Of a stretch of 60,723 bases of DNA, positions 1 to 12,066 are shown one piece after another. Position numbers and translations under genes: made by a program. The notes below the pieces were generated by a model. That model was not told the DNA's origin, searched no databases, and saw only the letters and a program-made list of their open reading frames with translations. The DNA is from an uncultured virus (IMG/VR IMGVR_UViG_3300022602_000040) (Duplodnaviria; Heunggongvirae; Uroviricota; Caudoviricetes). Position 1 is the first letter of the stretch; each line of letters opens with the position of its first letter. The DNA is taken from the IMG/VR virus record IMGVR_UViG_3300022602_000040. One strand, given 5' to 3'.

Positions 1-297
1 ACGTATGTTGAATAGGTCGTCAGCACGAACCATTGGATCGCCCATAGAGAATACAGATACAGCGCCGATAATGTTCGGTGGGAGTGTGATGTATTTGTTG
101 TCGATATCTTCTTGTTGGATTTGATGCTTGTAATAGATCTTATCCGATCCATCGAAGTGGTAATCCCAGTAATAGAGTAATGCTTCGTCTACACGGTCGT
201 CTACCTGATCATCGTCGACATTAATCTCGATAACCGGTGCGCCTAGCTTACGTAGGCAGTATGCTTTGAAATCGTCTCTTGACTGTGGAATGGCCAT
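1..297 (-). CDS. gp13: Neck protein gp13, N-terminal part (runs off window start)
   Basis: Not in the ORF track. Manual translation from ATG 297 gives MAIPQSRDDFKAYCLRKLGAPVIEINVDDDQVDDRVDEALLYYWDYHFDG, the typical T4-like gp13 N-terminus. GAGG SD upstream. Confidence 0.92.
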   Translation of the reverse strand, partial: MAIPQSRDDFKAYCLRKLGAPVIEINVDDDQVDDRVDEALLYYWDYHFDGSDKIYYKHQIQQEDIDNKYITLPPNIIGAVSVFSMGDPMVRADDLFNIR

Positions 298-300
298 ATT

Positions 301-330
301 AATACCTCGATGCTTTTAGAAGTATTTATC
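301..330 (-). promoter_or_regulatory. Late promoter (GATAAATA, 323-330) with SD-occluding hairpin for gp13
   Basis: On the minus strand AATACTTC (326-319) can pair with GAGGTATT (308-301), which contains the SD. Confidence 0.65.
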
Positions 331-333
331 AAC

Positions 334-615
334 CTATAGGTTGTATTGTTTGGGAATATTCATCACGCGACTGTTGTCTTCAAGAGCCTTTATAGAGTGT
401 TGTTGCCCGTTGAAAAATTCTATGATGTTGCCGGATTCTAGAATCTTGCTGTAAGTTGGGGTATCTATTTGAACTCTTCCCTTACAGCATATGGTAATAT
501 GAACGGATTTGTCTTCAGCAAAATGCGTATGCGGCGATAGAATGTCACCAGCGAATTCAAAATCGTATATGTTGACCAAAAGCTGATCAAACTTAACCTG
601 TTTTAAATTAAGCAT
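334..615 (-). CDS. Small cupin-like protein
   Basis: HTH...HITICCKG and later G-x-x-H-S-I-x-A resemble cupin motifs 1 and 2; TAATG overlap with the upstream gene. Confidence 0.65.
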   Translation of the reverse strand: MLNLKQVKFDQLLVNIYDFEFAGDILSPHTHFAEDKSVHITICCKGRVQIDTPTYSKILESGNIIEFFNGQQHSIKALEDNSRVMNIPKQYNL

Positions 616-905
616 TAGTATACCTGATCATCACCATCTACCGGTTCGTTGACATCGAATGTTTGCCCAACGAATTGATCGACGATGTCGTAGACACCTG
701 TTTTAATCTTTTCGTGTTTTTCGTTTTGCATTTTGAAATGCAAGTGCGGAGCAAATTTACTGATGTGGTTCTGAAAATCTTCGTTGGTGTTTACGTTTTC
801 AGCGATAGGAACAGCTACTCTTAGGTCTTGGTTGTCGTATGGATCAGTATACACTACTGTCATTACACCGTTCAATTTATCCACTGATTCTATAAAACAT
901 TTCAT
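615..905 (-). CDS. Hypothetical protein (possible fibre accessory)
   Basis: 96-aa ORF with AGGA SD, in the operon after the fibre genes. Confidence 0.7.
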   Translation of the reverse strand: MKCFIESVDKLNGVMTVVYTDPYDNQDLRVAVPIAENVNTNEDFQNHISKFAPHLHFKMQNEKHEKIKTGVYDIVDQFVGQTFDVNEPVDGDDQVY

Positions 906-916
906 AATAAGTTCCT

Positions 917-1756
917 TTATGAATATGATACCTTAACCTGACCATTAGCACCGGAACCACCAGCGTACACACCAGTACCACCTGCGCCTCCTGTACCAAC
1001 TGTAACAGTTAGAACTGTACCAGGTGTAAGAGTCGTTATAATTGTTTTGGAGTAGCCACCACCGCCACCACCGCCACCATAAGACTGGTGACACGTAGTT
1101 GCAAAAAATCTCGACGCGCCGCCACCACCGCCGCCCGGTATCGTACCAGCACCACCCGCCCCGTTAAGACCGGTTTGTCCTGCACCACCGGAGCCACCAT
1201 TAGCACCCGCGCCACCGTTACCACCTGTACATGCTACCGTAGAACCAGCTTGACCTGCAGTACCGGTTGTGTTTACTGATGTACCACCCGAAGCTGTACC
1301 GCCCGAACCGCCACCCCCGAGGTTTCCTGCACCAGTTGCACCCGAACCACCGTTTGCAGTCATAGTGGTTAATCCGGTGCCGGTTACGGAAGACGCGGCG
1401 CCTGCACCACCAACACTGGTTCCGGTATTGGTAGCGCCGCCACCACCGCCACCCGCGCCCCACACTTCAATAATCAACTGGGTGTAGCCAGTAGGTACGG
1501 TATATGTACCGTTTGCAGAGAAAGTCTGAGAACCCGATGCAAAAGCAGTCTTACCGTAAAGGTTGCTAAAGGAAATAGCACCAGAAGGAATACCAGCCAG
1601 TGCCCTTACAGCACTATCGTTCATTGATATAGCGCTGGTACCTGTCGTAGTATTACCATACGACGATCGCAGCTCATACTCCATAGAGACGTTGTACCCA
1701 GAAACCTGAGTATTACCACCCATAGAAATAGCATTGCCAGATGCGACCATTGTCAT
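917..1756 (-). CDS. Glycine-rich virion/tail-fibre-associated protein
   Basis: SGAISFSNLYGK motif followed by a WGAGGGGG...GGSGANGQV glycine-rich domain. Confidence 0.75.
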   Translation of the reverse strand: MTMVASGNAISMGGNTQVSGYNVSMEYELRSSYGNTTTGTSAISMNDSAVRALAGIPSGAISFSNLYGKTAFASGSQTFSANGTYTVPTGYTQLIIEVWGAGGGGGGATNTGTSVGGAGAASSVTGTGLTTMTANGGSGATGAGNLGGGGSGGTASGGTSVNTTGTAGQAGSTVACTGGNGGAGANGGSGGAGQTGLNGAGGAGTIPGGGGGGASRFFATTCHQSYGGGGGGGGYSKTIITTLTPGTVLTVTVGTGGAGGTGVYAGGSGANGQVKVSYS

Positions 1757-1810
1757 AGTTGAATTCTCTTATTGATATGGTTGACTCTGAGCAATTTGCT
1801 CAAGCTCATG

Positions 1811-4800
1811 TTATTCTCCAAGTCTTGAAAGAATAGCATTCAACTTCTCTTCCATTGTATTTAGTTTGATTGCTTGCTGGTCAATGGCCATTTGCTGTTC
1901 TTTGATAGCTTCGATCAACAGTGGGACAAGTTTGTCATATTGTACAGTCTTGTAGTTTTCACCACTCATACTGATCTCATTACCGTCTTCATCCTTGTCA
2001 ATATCGAACGGAGCAGGTACAACAATCTCTGGTAGAACAGCTTCAACTTCTTGAGCGATAACACCGATCTGTCTCTTTGTATCAGTGTATCCATGCTTGG
2101 CAGCGGTTTCATTCGCACGATAATAGACGCCAGAAAGCTGCTTGACTTTATCGATAGCGTAAGGTATTGTGCTTTCAATATCCTTCAGACGACCATCAGA
2201 GTAATACGAAGTGATGTTGTTTGTAGCACGAATTTCACCTGTTGTACCTGAAGCAGCCGTACCAACACCAATTGATGTGAAAGCGCCGTTGTTCGGAGTG
2301 GTCGAACCTATGGATCCAGGAGCTGCCCAGTTCGACCCATTCAAATACGCGACGTTTAGGTTGTTGACCTGTGTTGTTGAGGAAACGGTAAACGGAGCTG
2401 TACCAGTCGCAACCGTACTTGTAATTACGCCCGAGAACGATCCTGTTGTATGTGCAGCAGAGTTAGCAGTGCCGCTACCAAGAGCAGCAGGAGACGCCCA
2501 AGTATAACCACCGAAGTACGTTGCGTTGTTGGACGTCAAGGTTGCAACGTTAGCAGAAAGCGTACTATTCAACTGATACGAAGCGGCAGCAGTACCACCA
2601 AGATATGCAGCATTATTCGAAGAAATAGTTGCAATATAAGCAGAGTTAACTGTAATTGTACCGGAAGTATTGATCAAACCTGTACTGAAAGTATACGTAG
2701 TCGGTGTTGTCCAATATGGGGAACCGGTAGCACCGTTAGAGGTCAACACTTGACCAGCAGTACCCACACCACCGTTTGCACTTAGCGGAATACCAGCAAC
2801 AGTAACCTGAGAAGTATTGGCAATAAAAGAAGTACCGACAGNNNNNNNNNNNNNNNNNNNNNNNNNNNNNNNNNNNNNNNNNNNNNNNNNNNNNNNNNNN
2901 NNNNNNNNNNNNNNNNNNNNNNNNNNNNNNNNNNNNNNNNNTATGGGGAACCGGTAGCACCGTTAGAGGTCAACACTTGACCAGCAGTACCCACACCACC
3001 GTTTGCACTTAGCGGAATACCAGCAACAGTAACCTGAGAAGTATTGGCAATAAAAGAAGTACCGACAGTCAATAGTGCAGAGTTGACTGATGTTGTCACA
3101 TTCGCAAAGCCAGTAATTGTTGTGTTACCGGTAATACCAATTGTTGTTACGTTAGCAGATGTGGCAAGACGGATACCACCAGAGTTGGATGACCATGGTA
3201 TAATAGACAGCGAACCAGAACCAACAGTACCACCAGAGTATACGATTGCCCCGTCACCAGCTTGTGTGATAGGATTGTATGCGCCAGCGGCCATCCAAGC
3301 GCCAGAAGAAACGTACTGGCTGCCGTTCTTAACAGTTAACACAAAGCTAGTACTAGCAGTACCGGTAGAATCAGCGGTGATAAGTGGTGTTCCGGTAAGC
3401 AGTACCTGAGATGAGTTAGCTATGAAAGTTGTACCAACGGTATGAGACGCAGCGTTAACGGTGGTAAAATTACCTGTATTGGCTGTAGTACCGCCAAGTG
3501 CGGCAGGAGCACCCCATGAGTAACCATTAAATGTAACTGCATTATTTACGTTTAGGTTGCCTTCGGTCTTACCATTCACATATGTGGTATTGTTGGCGGA
3601 CAGGGTTGCTACGTTCCCCGACAGACCAGCAGTCGTCTGATAACCAGATGCGGCTACACCACCAAGATACGAGGAATTGTTTGAAGACAATGTCGCAACG
3701 TTTGCAGCAAGCGTGCTATTCAACTGATACGAAGCCGCGGCAGTGCCACCTAGATAGTTGGCATTATTTGAAGACAATGTCGCAACGTTAGCAGCAAGAC
3801 CAGCAGTTGTCTGATATCCAGAAATAGATGACCAATATACGTTACCTGAACCGTTTGAGGTCAAATATTGTCCCGCACTTCCCTGCGAACCTGTCGAGTC
3901 AATGATCTTGGCGCCAGAAGCAATCGTCAAGTTAGCGGTTGAAGTTAGACCAATGTTTGCAGCCGCAACAAAATTTCCGGAAAACACGTTGCCAAAATAA
4001 AAGGATGTTGATCCTAAATCCAAACCAAGATTGGCTACTGGAATTAAGGAGGTATAATTTAAAATCAGTTTACCCGTCGTTGCGGATGAGTTAGACACAT
4101 AAAACGAAAATCGCGATGGAACAAATCCCGAGTTAGCGACTGGTGTGCCGTCCACGTTTACTTTAAAGTAAGCTGTCTGTACACTGGTATTACCATCGTG
4201 ACCACTGAATACAAATGTACCCAAGTCGTCGCCGTTCTGAACAATACCACCAGCTCTTGATTTGCTTGAGTTCCAATAACCTGCAGTTGTGTCATTCAAA
4301 GAGTGCGTTAATTGGATCTGGGGGTTGTACGAAGTAGACGACTGTAACGTAAGAGTCGTATTAGACAGCTGGGCGTTAGATGTGGTATTACCAAAGAACA
4401 AAATTGATGTATTGACAACAAACGAAGAACCTATTGTGTACGAGACTGCGTTTACTGTAGTGAAGTTACCTGTGTTGGCTGTTGTACTGCCAAGAGCTGC
4501 AGGAGATGCCCAAGTGTAACCACCGAAGTATGTTGCGTTGTTTGAAGTTAACGTACCTATGGTAGCTGTATCAACTATTCTCGTCCAGCTACCAGCAGAA
4601 TGTTCCTTATACCAGAACCCGCTACCAGAAGTACCCATCAAAGAGAAACCTCTCGTGGATACGTCACCCGCGCCCATACCAAACCAGTAACCTATACCCC
4701 CCATACCCGATGGTACGTTGGTGGATGTACCCATATTTACAAATCTTGTCTCATACAATGAAGGCTGTAGAGAAAGATCATAACCATAATAGGTTCTACC

Positions 4801-7800
4801 ACCATTCATTGTGGTATAAGAGACTACCTGACCAGTGGTTGCTGTAGCTGTATTGGCAACACCACCGAACTGGTTTGTAGTCAAAGTGGTAAACGTACCA
4901 GCGTTTGCAGTAGAACCACCGATAGCTGCAGGTGATGTCCAACTATATCCGTTGAAGTAGGTAGCGTTATTAGATGATAGAGTAGCAACGTTTGCACTCA
5001 ATCCAGCAGTCGTCTGATAACCAGATGCAGCAGTTCCGCCAAGGTATGAAGAGTTGTTGGCATTTGTTGCACTGTTGACGTTCAAGTTACCTTCGGTCTT
5101 ACCATTTACGTAGGTTGTATTATTCGCTGTAAGTGTTGCAACGTTGCTTGCAAGCGTGCTATTCAACTGATAAGAAGCAGCAGCTGTACCACCCAGGTAG
5201 TTGGCATTGTTAGCTGTAATGTTTGGCTGAGACGCTGTTGTTAGTGTACCAGCAATGTTGTTTGCATACACGTTCCATACAAGCGAGGTGCTACCAAGTG
5301 TTAGGTTGTTGGCTGCTGGCACAACGTTGACGTTAGACTGCCATGCTGTCTGTGTTGCGTTGTATACCAGGTTAGCTGACGTAGCAATAACGATACCAGC
5401 ACCTGTAGCGAGCGCATTTGTCGTTGCGTTGTTGGCAAGGATGATGTTGAGATCGTTCGTCGTAATAGAAGTTGCGTTGACGAATGTGGTAGTACCAGCC
5501 AGCGTCAAGTTGCCGGTTACGGTCAAGCTACCATTGATCAAACCATTACCAGAGACGTTCAACGACCCTACGTTTGCATATCCTGTATGAGTAATACCTA
5601 CAGTATTTGCAACAAAGGTTGTTCCGTTTAGAGAAATAACGGCTGGAGATATCGATGTATTAGTTGTAGTGTTTGACTGTATGAGCAGGTTGTTAGCAGT
5701 CATCGCAAGATTTGCGGTGGTTGTAACAAGTACTTCAGCAACGCTGTTACCATAACCATACACAGTCGAGTTACCGCTATAGAAATGTGTCGAGTTAGCA
5801 TAGGTATTAACTGTGGAGTTACCCACACCATATTGAGATGTGTTAGCATAGAATCCACCAATGGTCGAATTTCCGTTTATACTAACACTTGCAGGACTCA
5901 TTGTGTTGTTGGATGTGGTGTTCTGCAACAAAATAGAAGTCGCAGTCATTACCAAGTTTCCAGTAGTGCTTACCAAAACTTCCGCTGTACTGTTCCCATA
6001 TCCATAAACAGTACTGTTACCAGCATAGAAATGGGTGGAGTTAGCAAACGTGTTGACGGTTGAGTTACCAACTGTTATGGTGGTCGCATTGGCCAAGAAC
6101 TGACCTGTTGTAGCTCCACCGGTAACCAGAATCGTTCCTGTGTTTGCATATACGTTAGCACCGACGTTGGCGCTTGTTGCGGCATAGAGAGTAGCAGTGT
6201 TTACTTGGTTGACTACGTTGATTGCCGCAGCATTGACCAAGGTAGCGTTAGCCGTGAAAGACGTACCGACTGTGTACGACGATCCATTAACAACACCGGT
6301 ATAGTTTGGTAGATACGCAGCAATACTTGTATTGACTGCCGCCAAGGTTTGGAATGTCGAGTTTACATATGAGTTAGACGCCGCATACGTATAGATTGCA
6401 GTATTTTGCGCAAACGTCGAATACATGGTCGTATTTGATGCAGCGTATGTGTTCTGCGCAAACGTAGAATAGACAGCACTGTTTTGTGCAAAGGTACTGT
6501 ATACAGATGTGTTCTGGGCGAATGTGGAATAAACGCTTGTATTCTGTGCAAAAGTACTGTAGATTGTTGCAGCAGTATTACCACCAAGAGTTGTCGCATA
6601 TACACCAGAAGAGTTGGCTACAACCGTGGAACCAACGGTAAACGCCGCTGAGTTGACAGATGTCGATACGTTCGCAAACCCTGTAATTGTAGTATTACCA
6701 GCAGTCAGTACGGTCACGTTTGCCGTATTGGCAGTAGAACCACCGATAGCTGCAGGAGCTGTCCAACTATATCCGTTGAAGTATGTGGAGTTATTCGCAG
6801 TACCAGAAAAAGCGGTAGAGTTAACTACCGTATAGACCGAACTGTTTCCGATCGTGATATTAGCAGCAACGGTCACACCGCCTGCCCCCGAAACACCCAA
6901 AGCAGCCGAAGCAGTATTGGATGCTGACTGGTATACACCGAAAGCAGGTGCGATCTGATTGTTCGCGTTACCATATACGTTCAGAGCAGCCGACGTTGTT
7001 GATGTCGCTGTTACGTTGAGGGGAGTTATGATAGACGATGGGTTCACATAGATGTTTCTTACGGAAACAAATATCGAACCACTGTTTGCAGATGTGGTAA
7101 CAAATCCCATACGAACAGGATAATATGGGTTCGATGGAATGGTACTAGTTAGACCACCGTTTACTGTTGGTGACAGGTATAGAGTCGATCCGACAGAATA
7201 AGATGCAGTATTGATTCCAGAAATAGAACCAATGATATTGATATATCCGTAGGAGTTATTTGGAATGGTGTTGTTAGTGACACCAATAGCCTGTGCCGTC
7301 GATAGTACAGCGGCACTTGCCAACGCTATAGTTGGAGCGTTATTGTATTGACCTGAAATGTATACAGCAGAGTATGCGTTTATCGTCGCGCCAGTATTGT
7401 TATACACATACTGTATAACTTCTTGACCGAGCTGAACTTCTTCACCAGCCGAGTTCCAATAACTCAGGCTGTCGTTGTTCGAATCATACCAAACTAGACC
7501 CGTTTGTGCGGTTGGTGGTGTAGATAGACCCGTAAAGGTCATACTACCTGTCACAGCAATGTTGTTAGCAGTCAAACTAGATCCGAATACAGCGTTACCG
7601 GAAATATTCGCTGTACCTGTAACAGACAGTGTTGCAGTAGGTGTAGAGATCGAACCGATCGATACGTTACCACCAAGAGGATTCAAGTTGATTGGGTAAT
7701 AAGTACTACCACCGTTGTAGCCAGACTGAATCCACTGCGAGAACGTAGTCGACTGACCAAACGCTAGATAGTTACCACCAGAACCACTCATGTACAAATA

Positions 7801-8790
7801 AGCGTTCGATGAAACCGATCCCGATGGATTGATCTGGGAGTTCGATAGGATCTGAGTCTGGTTATTTGATGATGTCGTACCAAACGTAGCGTTGCCACTC
7901 GTAATATTCGAACCAGAAATAGTTGTTTTAACAGACGAGTTACCGATCGTTACGTTAGATGCGATAAACGTACCTGCATATCCAGTTTCCAAGAACGAAC
8001 TACCACTACCTTGACCGATGGTAAAACCTTCGAGGTTAGACGCTGCTGTAATGATATCAATGGTATTGTTTGTATAATACCACTTAGTTGTTGCAACAGT
8101 ATTTCTACCCATCTTCCAGTTGGCATCGCCAAGTCCGTTAAAGTATAGCATACCCCCACTGCTTGTGAGATTGCCACTCGTTAACGAAATGCTGTTACCA
8201 AATGAAATATTGGCACTAAATGTTTGTGTGTTGGTCCAGGTGTATTGCGCTGCAGTGTTAACACTACCACCGCCACCAGTTACAGTTGACCAATATACGT
8301 TACCTGTACCATTGGAAGTCAATACCTGACCGGATGTACCCTGAGATCCTGTCGAGTCAATAATAGTAGCGCTAGGTGGGAAATAAGCCCCGCCACCCAA
8401 TTGTGCTCTGACGCTTATGTTAAGATTGCTGGTGACGCTATTGGCATACACAGACCAAATAGGACGTTGACCATATGCTGTATTTGTGCTATAGAATACG
8501 AAGTTGTCGTCACTCTGTTGAATGAAGTATGCATTGGATGCTGTGTTAACAGTGGCAAACGACAGGCGTGTGTTATTGTTGGCTAGTATTACGTTACCAG
8601 TTGTATATCTGTTAGTTACGTTGGCACCGATTTCAAACGAAGCAGAACCGTTAGAAGACACCATCTTCTTATCGGTGAGGTTGATGGCAAGTTCACCAGC
8701 GTCAATGAACGCGTTGTTCGACGAGTTGGTAGTATTTGGCAGTAGTCCTGACGTAGACGTACGCTTAATCTGAATCTTGTTATTAGCCAT
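1811..8790 (-). CDS. Long tail fibre with C-terminal intramolecular chaperone (peptidase S74-like); spans the assembly gap
   Basis: N-terminal IQIKR...GELAIN motif, N/T/S/G-rich repeats, C-terminal YYSDGRLKDI...IGVIAQEVE...YDKLVPLLIEAIKE plus coiled coil. The two track ORFs join in frame (2250 aa) if the gap and one 127-nt duplicate are removed. Confidence 0.85.
2715..3068. other. Scaffold gap (100 N, 2842-2941) flanked by an identical 127-nt duplication
   Basis: 2715-2841 is identical to 2942-3068. Confidence 0.95.
6400..6562 (-). repeat. Tandem 10-aa repeat (YSTFAQNTSV-like, 5 YSTFAQN copies) in the fibre gene
   Basis: Translation reads IYSTFAQNTSVYSTFAQNTSVYSTFAQNSAVYSTFAQNTYAASNTTMYSTFAQN. 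Confidence 0.9.
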
Positions 8791-8831
8791 TCAAACCTCT
8801 ATATAGAGCAGTTACAGGATTATGTAATCCC

Positions 8832-9044
8832 TTAGAAGTCTTCAGCAGGTTGCCCTGGAACACTTCCTTTCTTCTTCTTTAATTTATCTAATTCTATTCG
8901 CTGCTTTTCATTTTCTTCCGTAAGATTGGCAACTATTTTTTCAGCCATTGTCAATCTTGCTTCAAACATGATGTTCTTGCTTTGCAGGTCGTGTAGATTC
9001 TTGGTAAGAGTTTCAATGTATACATTAATAAATTCACTATCCAT
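8832..9044 (-). CDS. Small coiled-coil protein
   Basis: 70 aa with heptad-like pattern; TAATG overlap with the upstream endonuclease gene. Confidence 0.75.
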   Translation of the reverse strand: MDSEFINVYIETLTKNLHDLQSKNIMFEARLTMAEKIVANLTEENEKQRIELDKLKKKKGSVPGQPAEDF

Positions 9045-9787
9045 TATATTCTCCCATACGTAAATCCTTCTGGTAATATGGTGTTTCTAGGTATCCGTTT
9101 GCTTAATATACCATTATTTATCCACACAAGCCCAGAAGTTTGCTTAGAATATTGTAGTCTCTCTTCCTCGGTCCATACTCTTGGATTTTGTTTTGGGCCT
9201 ATATTCAATCCCTTCGAACGAGTAGATTCTATACGTTTTTGAACATGTTCAGTGGATTGAATCGTTCCAATTTTTTTATTACGTTGATGTTCTCGGTATT
9301 CGGGGACCTGCCACAGGGCTGCTATTTTTGTCCTACGAATTTCTCTTTGGGTCAGGTCCTGAAATTGTTTAGCGTTAGCATCTTTATTTTTCTGTTTAGA
9401 TTCTTCTGTACGGGTATTGCCCTTAGTGGGAGATACTCGCCCTTTATTAGCCTTGGATATTTTCTGTCCAACCGTGTTTCGCTTCTGCTCGTTTGTTGTC
9501 CAATGAGAGTAATGATGATTACGAAGATTATAATAACGAAAACCTTTTAGTTCTTCATCTTTCATCATCGATAACCAACGATGTTCTTCACTGAGTAGGT
9601 CTTCACGTGAAGTATATACGTAGGTGAGTATGCGACGTTTAAAATCCTGAGGCCTATGCTTATACGCCTGTCTCATCCATTTCGAGCTGCACACATACCC
9701 GTCATCTATGTTACCCCATCTACACCCTACATAATATCTTTTGTGTTTGCGATCGTACCAAATATAAACAAAGCCATACTTTTCCAT
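9044..9787 (-). mobile_element. Free-standing Seg-like GIY-YIG homing endonuclease (HEG1)
   Basis: YGFVYIWYD...YYVGC...Y..SS..M...F.R.IL...E...YYN catalytic pattern; basic NUMOD3-like C-terminus; AT-rich relative to neighbours. Confidence 0.88.
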
Positions 9788-9789
9788 AC

Positions 9790-9819
9790 AATACCTCCTA
9801 TACCACCGAGGTATTTATA
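9790..9819 (-). promoter_or_regulatory. T4-type late promoter TATAAATA (9812-9819) with SD-occluding hairpin
   Basis: Perfect 8-bp stem AATACCTC/GAGGTATT covering most of the GGAGG SD. Confidence 0.85.
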
Positions 9820-9832
9820 AAAAGTATTCCCG

Positions 9833-12016
9833 CTAGAAAGTACCTCCGTCTAGCGTACCATAAGATGGCAGGTTGTTTGTAATTTGTAGAACCTGACCGT
9901 TAGCAGCAACAGACAACTTCGAAAGAGCCGAAGGGTTGGATGTTGCAGCGTAAAGTAGGTCACCGGCTGCGTATGTGTTCAGACCAGTACCACCCGATGT
10001 AGCTGCCAATGGTGTACCTAGAGTAACCGAGTTAGCAGTGATGTTGACGCTAACCGATGCACCAGCTGTAAGAGCTACTGCTGTTGAGTTGGCTAGGAAG
10101 GTTGTGTTGGTCGAACCGTATGGAGCAAGAAACGCCTGCAACGTACCAGTTGTCGCACCAGTATCAATAACGGTGTTGTTTGGATTGACTGTGGTCGAGA
10201 ATAACTTGAAGTAAGGGTTTGTGTTTGAAGACGCAGCGGCAATACGAGCCATACCAGAGTAGTATGTTGTTGACGTATTACCTGTGTCGACTGCCCAACC
10301 AGCATCAATAGCGTCCGTAAACACAGCAGTGTTGGATTGCTGGTCCGCAAGAAGGATCATGTTGTCCTTGACTTGCAACGTAATCGAATCAATCGCTGTA
10401 ACTGTACCAGATACGGTCAAGTTACCAGCAATGTTCATATTCGAGAAGTATGCGTTAGCAGAGGCAGCGTTTACAACACCGCCAGTATACACAATCGAGG
10501 TCGAGTTAATAATTGCCTGAGAACCAACATACAAACCAGTTGTGTTGGCAACCGTGGTTGTGGTAGCGTTAGCAACAGTTACACCAGTCGAGCTTAGAGT
10601 TACGTTAGCCGACGAAGTACCAACGTAAGTTGCGGTGCCGTTAGCAAGGAAAGCAGAACCAACCGAAAGAGTTGCACCGTTAACAGTACCAGTTGTAAAT
10701 ACACCCAGCGTGTTAGCGATAACTGAAGTACCAACAGTAAGAGAGGCAGCATTAACAGACGATGTAGCGTTAATGAAACCAGTTACGGTGGTATTACCAG
10801 TAGCAAGAGTGCTATTGATAGTAGTTGCGTTACCGAGATATGTTGTACCACCTACCGATAGAAGGTTCTGTGGGTTTGTGTTACCAATACCGACGTTACC
10901 GGTTGGCGTAATGCGCATACGCTCGTTGGTCGATAGCGTGTTACCGGTAAAGAAGTTTAGATAGTTAGCGCCCTGTGTACCGATAGAAAGGTTGGTGTTA
11001 CCTGTGTACAAGTAGCCATCTGAAGGACCGTTGATTGTCCATGTGGATTGGTTGAAACCGTTGCCGTTGATACCAAGGTCAATATAGTTTAGGTTGGTGT
11101 TTGCAGGACCGTTTGTATCATTAACAATGAAGTCAGCAGAAGCGTTGTTGCCAGTGTTAGCATTCCATACAGCGACTTCGATAAAGTTGTTAACGTTCGT
11201 TGCAAACTCAGCAATCGAAACGTCTGTAGCGTTGTAACCGATTACTGTGTTTGTTGTAGTGTTACCCTGGAAGATAGTAGTCGAGTTAGCGACAAACGAC
11301 GTACCAACTGTATGAGAAGCAGCGTTGACTGTACCCGTTGTATACACACCAAGCGTGTTAGCAACTACCGAAGTACCAACTGTAACACTCGATGCATTAA
11401 CCGATGCAGCGTTTACGTATCCTGTTGTTGTGACCCCAGACGAATTGGCGAATACGGAAGTACCGATGTTTGCTGATGTGGTGACATACAGGGTCGCTGT
11501 ATTGGTCTGTCCGGTGACAACAAAGTTGTTGCTGATCGTAATGACATTAGCGAATGTATACGCGTAGTTCGTGTTAACACCGTTCAGACCAATCTGACCC
11601 GATACGTATGTTTTAATAGCGTATGAAGTGACGAGTTCGGTATTCGAACCCGTAGCGGAAGAACCGAGCTGGGTCGCATTAGCCTGTGGCGTGATCGATG
11701 TAATGAAGGCAGCAGTTGCATTGGCGGTGGGAGAAGCAACTGAGCCAGAAACAAACAAGCCCGAGGTGTATGTGTTACCGATGAACGCGTTAGCGTCAAC
11801 AAGGATAACTGAGTTGGGAGTCAATGTGCCCTGTGTTGCCTGATCGACGTATGAATACTTGTAACCACCGATCTTAATACCCGTCGCACCGACACCAGTC
11901 TGTGCACCGATGAACAAACCATTGCTGTTATACGAGTACGCAAGCTCACCAGAGTTTAGCGTAGTAGTTGGTGTCGTGGAAGTATTACTTCTCTTGATCT
12001 GAATAAGGTTTGACAT
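9833..12016 (-). CDS. Tail fibre-like virion protein
   Basis: N-terminal IQIKRS...GELAYS motif, ERMRI...GNVGIG repeat, C-terminal LDGGTF. Confidence 0.8.
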   Translation of the reverse strand: MSNLIQIKRSNTSTTPTTTLNSGELAYSYNSNGLFIGAQTGVGATGIKIGGYKYSYVDQATQGTLTPNSVILVDANAFIGNTYTSGLFVSGSVASPTANATAAFITSITPQANATQLGSSATGSNTELVTSYAIKTYVSGQIGLNGVNTNYAYTFANVITISNNFVVTGQTNTATLYVTTSANIGTSVFANSSGVTTTGYVNAASVNASSVTVGTSVVANTLGVYTTGTVNAASHTVGTSFVANSTTIFQGNTTTNTVIGYNATDVSIAEFATNVNNFIEVAVWNANTGNNASADFIVNDTNGPANTNLNYIDLGINGNGFNQSTWTINGPSDGYLYTGNTNLSIGTQGANYLNFFTGNTLSTNERMRITPTGNVGIGNTNPQNLLSVGGTTYLGNATTINSTLATGNTTVTGFINATSSVNAASLTVGTSVIANTLGVFTTGTVNGATLSVGSAFLANGTATYVGTSSANVTLSSTGVTVANATTTTVANTTGLYVGSQAIINSTSIVYTGGVVNAASANAYFSNMNIAGNLTVSGTVTAIDSITLQVKDNMILLADQQSNTAVFTDAIDAGWAVDTGNTSTTYYSGMARIAAASSNTNPYFKLFSTTVNPNNTVIDTGATTGTLQAFLAPYGSTNTTFLANSTAVALTAGASVSVNITANSVTLGTPLAATSGGTGLNTYAAGDLLYAATSNPSALSKLSVAANGQVLQITNNLPSYGTLDGGTF

Positions 12017-12058
12017 TGATTAATTAGCTCCCGCCAATGGTGTAGTTGTTTTATCGAG

Positions 12059-12066
12059 TATTTATA
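12059..12066 (-). promoter_or_regulatory. Late promoter TATAAATA
   Basis: Exact consensus overlapping the HEG2 stop codon, about 40 nt upstream of the 12016 ATG. Confidence 0.75.

Noticed and set aside
2736..2960. Apparent split or frameshift of the giant fibre gene
   Set aside because: It is caused by the 100-N gap; the frame is restored when the duplicated flank is collapsed.
8795..8831. Two short palindromes (CTCTATATAGAG, GGATTATGTAATCC) before the giant fibre gene
   Set aside because: The stems are short and there is no U-tract; they may modulate the SD but are too weak to call.
2782..12016. Diversity-generating retroelement suggested by Mtd-like N-termini
   Set aside because: There is no reverse transcriptase and no adenine-specific TR/VR pair visible in the window.
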